42,617 nucleotides of DNA from NCBI GenBank assembly GCA_001919285.1, contig MNHO01000002.1:6588-49204 (forward strand), given 5' to 3'. Source of the DNA: an archaeon 13_1_40CM_2_52_13 (GTDB taxonomy: Archaea; Thermoproteota; Bathyarchaeia; 40CM-2-53-6). The position numbers and the translations under genes were made by a program. Below, in pieces: positions 35,288-42,617 of the stretch. The notes under the pieces are model-generated. The model saw nothing but the letters and a program-made list of their open reading frames with translations. It ran no database searches and was not told the origin of the DNA. Position 1 is the stretch's first letter. Every line of letters starts with the position of its first letter.

Positions 35288-38104
35288 TTGCGAGGCAATT
35301 ACACCGCAAGCTTAGTCATCATCTTCGCAATCGCCTTATCCTTCTCCACGCTACCGGGTCCTCTTGCTGCTATGGTCCATTTTCCCCATGTTCCTTACGC
35401 TCGTGCAAGTCCCGCGCCGGCTACTAGCTGGCTTCCAGCAGGTCCGTCGACCAATACTCAGATTCAGGCGATTTTCGCGAGTGACCTGGCTGAACAGACC
35501 GCGCTTCTTGCCGAAACGGTCGACTTGACCGATGTACCTCTAACACCAACCATGGCGCAGTGTCTTTCCCAGACTGGCACAGTTTGCCCCCAAATCCCAG
35601 GAGCGAACCCTTCTCACTTTGCTGTCACGTCTCCCCTCTCGACTCATGACATTTTTGAGATACAGGTCATGCTGCACAACAACTACTGGGGTATTCCAAT
35701 GAACTATGGTCTTGACGCAGGTTGTACTATTCCGGCTGGGGTAGGTGCTGGTGTCAATGATGCTGCTTGTCCAGGTGTGAGCATCCGACAAGCGGTTGCC
35801 CACCTGATCGACAAGGTTCAGTACTGTGCTTCTAACGGTATTGTGGTCTGCTCTGCGGTCGACAATGACTCTCCCATAACTTCGGGTCTCTTTACCGCTG
35901 ACCCGTGCGGCTGGGATGCGCTCTTCCCTCAGACAGGCCCCAACTGCATTGTTGGCGGCGCTGCAGGAACAGCCTACCATCTGAGCCCTACTACCGCTAT
36001 AGGACATGATACTGGAGGTACTGCTGCAACCTATTCGTGGGAGCCCGCGACTGATAACGGTGGCAAGGCCGATCTCTGCGCGGCAGCACAACACCTCGTC
36101 ACTGCAGGAGTAGCCTCAGGCTTCGACACCGCCACCTGTGTCCTTACAGGCATATCTGTCAACGCTGCGGCTCATCCTGTCAACATCTTCGCCAGAACTG
36201 ACAGACCGGCTCGTCTTGCTCTAGGTGATGGTCTGTTCCAAGACCTCTGCTACCTGTTCACAGGTCACTGGACTGATGGTGCATGTCAGGTTGTCGCGAC
36301 GACCACAACAGGGTGCTCGGGCACTTGCTACGTTACCGATACTCGTGGGACTTTCACTCAGTTCCAAGGCTTCACAACCAGCAACATCGGCATCAATGAT
36401 AACTGGTGGCTATACACAGGCGGTTTCGGCAGCGTCTTTCCTTTCGACAGTCTACTCTACGGAGAGTTCAACAGCCAGGGCGTCTCTGGAGGCGCATGGG
36501 ATCAACCGCCATGCTCTTCTCTCGCCACCCCCTCCACTAGTCCCCCCAACTACGAATATGCTTGTGTTCCAGCGTACGATACGATTAGCAGCCAGATGGA
36601 GTTCTCCCCCTGCCTGACGGCTCCCGGAGACCCGACACCCGCGCAGACTCATCTGACCGTTACCTTTGGAGACTGTTCGGGAACATCGAAGCTGAGTGCT
36701 CAGAGTGCTGGCTACCAGACCGAGGACTTGTATGGTAAGCTGGAACTCTTCATTCCCATCTACAGCCCCTCGGTACAGTTCGGTTACCTCGCCAAGTGGA
36801 ATAATGTGATCAACAGCCAAAGCTCGGGCGTAGCCAATCTCTTCACATGGTTAGACGCTTACGATAGTGTAACGCACTCTACCACTCTGACTCAGGGATT
36901 TGCCGCTCCGACGAAGAGCCTCAATCCATACGCGGCTAGTTCTGTGTTTGACTTTCAGACGATAGGGAACGTATACGACAGCCTCGGTTCTCTGAACCCG
37001 GCCCAGAGCGGAGAGTACTTTGACTATCTGACTAGCGGACACTCGACTCCGTGCAATACGAACTTGTCGATCCCATGTGATCTTGCACACCTAGGCTATA
37101 CGCCACCATCCGGAACCATCGGCACTCTCAGATTCTCGCTTCGTCCAGACATCTTCTGGCAGAGCGACACCTCCGGCGCTCACCCTGCACGTCCCTTAAC
37201 GTCTTGGGATGTCAAGTTCACCTATTTCACGTTACCCAGTTGTCCCTTTCAAGGTGGGTTGTGCTTCTCGTCAATTATCGACATCCACGTTCTTGACAAG
37301 GCCAACTTTGACATCAACCTCAACACCATCGGACCATTTACATTGATTGGACCCTTTGGTGTTCCGAGTCTCACCATTGTCCCTGGGCGCTACTGGTCCT
37401 CTACCTGTAGCGGCGCAACTTGGGACAACGACGTCAACGCAGGCAGTGTTCCAACCAGCTGCATGGCTGTCACAAGCCAGATGTCGACCATTACCTTCGA
37501 CCCGCTTTCGTCAACACCCAACAACGGGGTCTCTCCTGGGATTCTGATAGGCTCAGGACCCTTCGAGTGCCAGTCGTCTAGCGGAGTCGTCGGAACGGGC
37601 TGTTCCAGCACAGGCACGCAGAACCCGCCACCTGGCGGCTCTTACACTCTCACAAGGTTCGGGTGCAACCGAGCCACAGGCACATGCAATGCTCCAGGCG
37701 CGAACCCGACATCAACATACTTCCGCAGTGATGGAAACCTCGCTCTAGCCATATGGGCCGGGACCAACGGTGACTCCACCCACGACCTGATCACGATAAG
37801 TAGCGTGGCCTTCTGCTTCAACAAGCCGGTAGGCACTCCGAGCTGTGCTCAATGGCAGCGCGGAATCGGCAACCCAGGCACAGGCACGATAGTAAACGTC
37901 AGTCAGGTCAGCGCGGTCATCAGGTTCTCCCAAGATGGAAACTGGGTCTCACCGTTCAACTGGCTACCAGGCATACCTCTTGCATGCTGTCCTTTCATGT
38001 CCAGTCCGCCGGTTGGGATACAGAGTGCACCACCAGTACTAGTCGAGGGTACGAACACCCTCAGTCCGTGCAGTATCGACCCTGTAAACGGATACGACTG
38101 CTGA
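35288..38104 (+). CDS. Secreted Cys-rich, circularly permuted family-5 (peptide/nickel) solute-binding-like protein
   Basis: Signal peptide. SBP5-like motifs ALLAETVD, IRQAVAHLIDK, IPIY, SLNPY, NVYDSL, FSLRPDIFW, LTSWDVKFT and IGSGPF. 34 Cys. Confidence 0.75.
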   Translation: MRGNYTASLVIIFAIALSFSTLPGPLAAMVHFPHVPYARASPAPATSWLPAGPSTNTQIQAIFASDLAEQTALLAETVDLTDVPLTPTMAQCLSQTGTVCPQIPGANPSHFAVTSPLSTHDIFEIQVMLHNNYWGIPMNYGLDAGCTIPAGVGAGVNDAACPGVSIRQAVAHLIDKVQYCASNGIVVCSAVDNDSPITSGLFTADPCGWDALFPQTGPNCIVGGAAGTAYHLSPTTAIGHDTGGTAATYSWEPATDNGGKADLCAAAQHLVTAGVASGFDTATCVLTGISVNAAAHPVNIFARTDRPARLALGDGLFQDLCYLFTGHWTDGACQVVATTTTGCSGTCYVTDTRGTFTQFQGFTTSNIGINDNWWLYTGGFGSVFPFDSLLYGEFNSQGVSGGAWDQPPCSSLATPSTSPPNYEYACVPAYDTISSQMEFSPCLTAPGDPTPAQTHLTVTFGDCSGTSKLSAQSAGYQTEDLYGKLELFIPIYSPSVQFGYLAKWNNVINSQSSGVANLFTWLDAYDSVTHSTTLTQGFAAPTKSLNPYAASSVFDFQTIGNVYDSLGSLNPAQSGEYFDYLTSGHSTPCNTNLSIPCDLAHLGYTPPSGTIGTLRFSLRPDIFWQSDTSGAHPARPLTSWDVKFTYFTLPSCPFQGGLCFSSIIDIHVLDKANFDINLNTIGPFTLIGPFGVPSLTIVPGRYWSSTCSGATWDNDVNAGSVPTSCMAVTSQMSTITFDPLSSTPNNGVSPGILIGSGPFECQSSSGVVGTGCSSTGTQNPPPGGSYTLTRFGCNRATGTCNAPGANPTSTYFRSDGNLALAIWAGTNGDSTHDLITISSVAFCFNKPVGTPSCAQWQRGIGNPGTGTIVNVSQVSAVIRFSQDGNWVSPFNWLPGIPLACCPFMSSPPVGIQSAPPVLVEGTNTLSPCSIDPVNGYDC

Positions 38105-38132
38105 TTCAAGCAATTATCGTAAAGGATGAGTC

Positions 38133-38522
38133 TTGAAAAAGTGCCCGGGTTGTGAGTCAATAAACTCCGATGATGATTCTGTCTGCGGAGTCTGCGGGAG
38201 AAGCCTCTCTGAAGTTGTTTCCAAAGACCCCGAGGAACTCAATGTCAGTCGCGGACTTAGACCTAAGTCTCCCCCGCCTAGCCGAAGAACTCTCTTCGCG
38301 ATAGTAGCCGTAGCTGTGCTGGCCTTGATCGGTACGGGCCTCTACATCATGTTGTTTGTCGCCCTCTACGGCGCGTTGATCTTGGTCTCAGGCATTGTGT
38401 CTCTAATTTTTCTCCTCGACTCACCGAACGTTAAGCTCGGAGAGGGGTTTGGGCCTGGAAGAAGAGAGGTGCTTAGAGAGGAGGAAGAAGAAAGGGAAAG
38501 AGAGACAGGAGAAGCAGACTAG
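38133..38522 (+). CDS. Zinc-ribbon membrane protein
   Basis: CPGC...CGVCG..L, two TMs, Glu-rich tail. Confidence 0.75.
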   Translation: MKKCPGCESINSDDDSVCGVCGRSLSEVVSKDPEELNVSRGLRPKSPPPSRRTLFAIVAVAVLALIGTGLYIMLFVALYGALILVSGIVSLIFLLDSPNVKLGEGFGPGRREVLREEEEERERETGEAD

Positions 38523-39181
38523 AATGGTTGGTACGCTATTGAGCGTAAATCCTAGAGACCGAAGTGTCCGCTCTACTCAACCACCGACTTTTTCGCATCG
38601 AGCGCAGATATTGAAGCGGCCCTTCGCGGGTGCGCGTTCACTCCCTATCTTTTCACTCCAGAATTCTCAAATGTGAAATCTCGCCCTTTGCGAAATCCTC
38701 GTCCATGCAGGGCTAAGTGACGTCTGCACACACAGGCTGAAGGGCCAAAGACGCTCTTCGTTCCTATTAGAACGAATAGATGGAACGAAACTAAGTTTCT
38801 ATCTCCATGGCAGACTTACAAGGTTAACGTTGGAAACAGCCTACCCCTTTACTATCCGTAAACGAGATCGAATCGCAGATTCTCGGCTCTGGGCCTTGTT
38901 TCTAGCGAATCTGAAATCTGTCGCGCTTAGAGGACCAGATCTCAGAAGCGTTCTTCGTGGTCGTTCCTGGAACCAAGGTTTCATCGATTAGAGCCCGACG
39001 TCAAATTCTGTGTATGCTCACCAATGGGGGAACACAAACAAGAATTGCGCGTCCAAATTCTGACAAGCGGAAATGATGGGCGCACACGCTTCGATGATAA
39101 TTGTCTGGGTTCTTAGGAGTTGTCGACCAAGAATTAGGTAAAGCGTCACAGGCCCCTAGCCGAGCGTTCCGTGAAATGATT

Positions 39182-39627
39182 TTATTTTGAGGATTTCCTG
39201 GATGGGCTCGATATCGCTAGCCGGTAACCATCAGGGTCCGCGAAACGCGCTTCCCGTTCTCCCAGGAATCCTTCGGTTTCTCGCTGAACCGTATCCCTTG
39301 GTTTCTGAGCTGTCGGTACCAGAAATCAACATTGTCGACTTCAAACTCAATCCCGACGGGTTGATCCCTATCCCACGGGCGAGCACGGTCGCGCCGAAAC
39401 GGGTGCAGGCCTATCTGAAGCTTGTTCGGTGTGAGAACGGCAACATATTCGGGAGAGAAGTCATGCAGTACTTTGAAGCCTAGTTTTTTAGTATAGAACT
39501 CTCTAGAGCGCTCTACATCTTTCACTCGTAGCAACACCTGGTGCAAGCGTAACCCAACCTTTCTTGAGCGCGTGAAATCGTCCGGTGCTCCCGCGGTATT
39601 ATTGTTGCCGCTTTGGAAAGAGCGCAT
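39182..39627 (-). pseudogene. VOC/glyoxalase family gene with a C-terminal frameshift
   Basis: LRVKDVERSREFYTKKLGF and IEFEVDNVD. The conserved WGEREARFADPDGYRLAIS lies in another frame after the G-run at 39261-39263, ending at TAA39182. Confidence 0.75.
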
Positions 39628-39786
39628 AAGTTGACTTTGCCATTATTGTTGATATCATTGGTTGAGACACATAGAAAATGCATATTGCCACCGAAAAGGC
39701 CAAAGGCAGAGGTCCCCCCAGGGACAGCTTACTGTATTGGACCCCGCTTTATCTGCCTGATGGACGGCTAGGTAAAAAAAAGCGGA

Positions 39787-39793
39787 CTTATAT
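39787..39793 (+). promoter_or_regulatory. TATA-like box with an upstream A-rich element; probable leaderless transcript
   Basis: AAAAAAAGCGGA-CTTATAT ends 24 nt before ATG39817. Confidence 0.55.
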
Positions 39794-39816
39794 CCGGGAG
39801 CCGAATTTCGATCGGC

Positions 39817-40248
39817 ATGGCACCTCAACTTCCTACTGACAGGATAAGAAATCGAGCAGTCCCTGCCCTCGCAGTCCACGACGCACATCGTGCGCTTGAC
39901 TTCTATGCCAAAGCTTTCGGTGCGAAGGAGGTCTCTGAAAGAATCCCGTGGGAGGGAAAGATTGGCCATGCTGAGGTCGAAATCGAAGGGGCGCGTGTGA
40001 TGGTCGCCGACGAGTTTCCAGCGTATAACAGGAGTCCGAAGACGCTTGGCGGCACACCCGTGAGCATCCACATCGATGTAAGGGACGTGGACGAGTTCTT
40101 TGCACGAGCAGTCGGGGCTGGGGCGAAGGTGCTTCAGGCGATAAAGGACGAGCCCTACGGAAGAATCTGCAAGCTAGAGGACCCGTTCGGGCATACCTGG
40201 TTTTTCAGCACGTCACCCGCCTCGCGCGGGTCCGAAGCCTCCCAATAA
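39817..40248 (+). CDS. VOC family (PhnB-like glyoxalase) protein
   Basis: ALDFYAKAFGA, GKIGHAE, VMVADEFP, DVDEFFARAVGAGA, YGR...EDPFGHTW. Confidence 0.92.
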   Translation: MAPQLPTDRIRNRAVPALAVHDAHRALDFYAKAFGAKEVSERIPWEGKIGHAEVEIEGARVMVADEFPAYNRSPKTLGGTPVSIHIDVRDVDEFFARAVGAGAKVLQAIKDEPYGRICKLEDPFGHTWFFSTSPASRGSEASQ

Positions 40249-40481
40249 TCTCGGTCGCCAATACGTTCCTGTTAATTGCAGCCTTTGGAGAGTTGCCACG
40301 CAGCTGGTGTCGCGACAGTTCGGTCAAACTTCTTGGCCTCTTGTCGAGGGACCTCAATTCGAATAGGGAATCTCGAATTGGAAGGCTGGTCGAGCGTAGG
40401 CTGATTGTGCAGAAATTCCCTTTGATGCTTGCGGGATCGTTGCATGGACGGCAGTAGCAACCCCCTAGAGTTGTCGAAGCG

Positions 40482-40487
40482 AAAAAA
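40482..40487 (-). terminator. Possible archaeal oligo-T terminator
   Basis: T6 run on the minus strand about 35 nt after the stop of the 617-aa gene. Confidence 0.3.
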
Positions 40488-40522
40488 TGTGGGAGGTTTG
40501 GGTTTGGAGTTGGAACTAGTCT

Positions 40523-42376
40523 TTATGGGGTAACTTGGCTGATGAACGTGCCCCAGTTAGCGATGAGGCTGCGGGGGAGGTTCGGGATGTACTCTGTGCC
40601 CATCCATATGTTGCCAGCTGAATCGGCGGAGGCCGCGGAGTAGTCTCCCCATCTAGCTGTCCTGTTGGGCGAACCGAAGAAGTGGTAGCCTGAAAACCCG
40701 TCTTCTGGTGCCGTCCCTGCGCCGGCTATGTGTATGCTTCCTGAACCGCTGGCCGCGTCTACTGAGGAGTAGGCTGCGCTGGGAAAGTCGTTGGGGCCGA
40801 CAAAGGTGAAGGCCATGACTCCTTGGCCTGAATTGTTCACTCCGATGGCTGGAAACATGACACTTGCGCCGCCCGCGGCAGCAACATAGCCCTGCTTTGC
40901 GATCGAACCTCCGACGGTGGACCCTGACAGGGTGGGTGTGACGATGAAGTAGGCGATGCCGATCGTTGTGGGATTGTCCCTCGGAACTTGTACGACCGTA
41001 TTGACGGCGCTCCACAGCTTGCCGCTGGCGAAGACTACTTGGTTCATGCGGTCGTCATTTCCGGCAAGGAGTTCCAGCTTCTCTTTCTGCCCGCCCAAGG
41101 ATGGAATTGTCATAGTACCCAGGGGCCTGGCCCCGTCTTTTTGGAGAGCGTCGGGAGGCTGGCCGTAGGTCTCGCTGGTGATTATGCTTTGGCTGAGATT
41201 GAGGGTTGGGGTTGGATTTGCGAGTGTGGAGGTGCCAGTCAGGGCCCAGATGGCGATTCGGTTATCCGTTGTACTGAAGAAGTCCAGGGCGCTGAGGAAA
41301 TATTCGGTGTTGGCCTGGAAAGAACCGCCGGGTGGTGTTGTCGCGGGCTGGATGGTGTACCAGATCCCTCCAGCGTCGGGGGTCGGAATAGCGCCTGTAT
41401 TGAACATGACCACTGTGGGCAATATGCCGCTGGCGAGCGCGGTCTTCGACATGGCGTAGATCTGAGCTCCATTGAAGACGCCGCCCAGTCCGTTGAGTAA
41501 CGATGTGGAGAACTCGTTTGTGCTGATGTAGAAGCCGTTCGCATCGGCGCCGATTAGTGGCTGGTCTCCGAAGCAAGGACATCCCGAGTGGATGGGAGTG
41601 CCGTTCGAGCCGTCGTCCGAAGTGAAGAGTTCGTACATGTTCCACATGCCTGCGGGTGTACCCGTCTGGCTAACCGCCAGAAGGATTCTAGACGGGCTCA
41701 GTGAAGCCGCGGTGGAAGGATCGAGGTCGATCTCTAAAACTGTTAGAAACCAGCGATTCGTGCTAGAGTCGAAGTAGCACCGGGGGTCGGCGGTGGAGTT
41801 GCCGAAGACGAGTGGGGTCGTCCTTACGACCTCTGGCTGGAGATTGAAGAATTGATTGATGGCAGTGGTTCCCGTGAGAGTCGATCCTGACGTCGTGTAG
41901 ACCCTTAGCGCCGTGTTGATGATTTCTAGGACGAACCCGTTTCCGACGCAGAGACCCTGGTCGGGCGGCTCCTTGTTAAACTGTGTATTAGTGTACGGAC
42001 CGGTACCGGCTAATCTCTGGTCCCGGTGAGTGATGCCGTCGAAGCCAGAAAATCCTGGATTCGATGTGGCTATGGCGTTGGCGGTCGGCGTTGGAATGTG
42101 CTTAGCTGGGAGGTGTGCCGCATTGCTTCCTGATTTCGGGATCAGCTGGTCTACTGAGGGACCGCCCCTAATCTCCAGGGAGTTTCCGTCATCCGTCGCG
42201 CTAGCTGCGGTCAGAGAAGTGAAGCTAGACGTACCTGTGTATACGAGGTGGGTGTAGGCCGGATTCTGGGTCTGGGCCGAGCTTGTGGCTCTAGCGGACG
42301 AAATGGTTGCTAAGTTGGCTGAGAGTGCGACGAGTATCGTGAGACAGAGTATCCTGCGAGCTTTAATGCTGACCAA
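40523..42376 (-). CDS. Secreted hypothetical protein (PPD...DP...DQP...RWGDYS type, probably a beta-propeller)
   Basis: Signal peptide; EPPDQGLCVG, ADPRCYFD, GDQPLIG, ISTNEF, RWGDYS, NWGTFI. Confidence 0.8.
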   Translation of the reverse strand: MVSIKARRILCLTILVALSANLATISSARATSSAQTQNPAYTHLVYTGTSSFTSLTAASATDDGNSLEIRGGPSVDQLIPKSGSNAAHLPAKHIPTPTANAIATSNPGFSGFDGITHRDQRLAGTGPYTNTQFNKEPPDQGLCVGNGFVLEIINTALRVYTTSGSTLTGTTAINQFFNLQPEVVRTTPLVFGNSTADPRCYFDSSTNRWFLTVLEIDLDPSTAASLSPSRILLAVSQTGTPAGMWNMYELFTSDDGSNGTPIHSGCPCFGDQPLIGADANGFYISTNEFSTSLLNGLGGVFNGAQIYAMSKTALASGILPTVVMFNTGAIPTPDAGGIWYTIQPATTPPGGSFQANTEYFLSALDFFSTTDNRIAIWALTGTSTLANPTPTLNLSQSIITSETYGQPPDALQKDGARPLGTMTIPSLGGQKEKLELLAGNDDRMNQVVFASGKLWSAVNTVVQVPRDNPTTIGIAYFIVTPTLSGSTVGGSIAKQGYVAAAGGASVMFPAIGVNNSGQGVMAFTFVGPNDFPSAAYSSVDAASGSGSIHIAGAGTAPEDGFSGYHFFGSPNRTARWGDYSAASADSAGNIWMGTEYIPNLPRSLIANWGTFISQVTP

Positions 42377-42458
42377 TCTTACTTGGCTCCTAGAATTTTC
42401 GTCAATAACTATCCTGTTGGATTCTTAACACTTTACCTCGTCGTCTGGCGCAGCCTAA

Positions 42459-42617
42459 CTGGAGGTCTTTGGACCCGGCTTCACCACGCTAGCTGATACT
42501 TGGAAGTTCCACGCTGGAACCTGGACTCAGCTGTTCCCGTCCACTTCTCCTTCGCCACGTGTCGCAGCATCAATGGCTTACGACGCGGCCGATGGCTATG
42601 TTCTCCTCTTCGGAGGT
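42459..42617 (+). pseudogene. Kelch-like repeat fragment; 5'-truncated and running off the window
   Basis: Translates as LEVFGPGFTTLADTWKFHAGTWTQLFPSTSPSPRVAASMAYDAADGYVLLFGG directly after in-frame TAA42456, with no canonical start or signal peptide ahead of the repeat. Confidence 0.6.

Noticed and set aside
39655-40105. Minus-strand ORFs over the VOC gene
   Set aside because: Antisense shadows of a clearly conserved plus-strand gene.

Overview
Archaeal genomic window with no rRNA, tRNA, CRISPR array, integrase or transposase that I can see. Archaeal origin is supported by a DUF359 dephospho-CoA kinase, DUF1616 proteins, TATA-like boxes about 24 nt before start codons and frequent TTG/GTG starts. 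A soil Bathyarchaeia-like source is my guess only. The window has three blocks. (1) 1-9.5 kb: two convergent giant membrane-anchored surface proteins, a 5'-truncated Cys-paired Ig-repeat protein and a phosphoesterase-PKD-GH5-Ig fusion. (2) 10.4-26.8 kb: a surface-glycan/exopolysaccharide locus with a polytopic GT-C/Wzy-like protein, split DUF1616, FkbM methyltransferase, two GT2, a deacetylase, acyltransferase plus Gfo/Idh/MocA, a GT4-nucleotidyltransferase-kinase-phosphodiesterase operon whose kinase seems to need a CTG start, and ugd/galU. (3) 26.8-42.6 kb: an accessory region of small, often bacterial-looking genes (cupin, alpha/beta hydrolases, stand-alone 5'-3' exonuclease, two DHFR-like proteins, ArsR-SRPBCC with a palindromic operator, two VOC proteins), two frameshifted genes, and secreted proteins (BNR/sialidase-like, a circularly permuted 34-Cys family-5 solute-binding-like protein, an RWGDYS-type protein and a Kelch fragment). 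All family calls come from reading motifs by eye; no searches were run.
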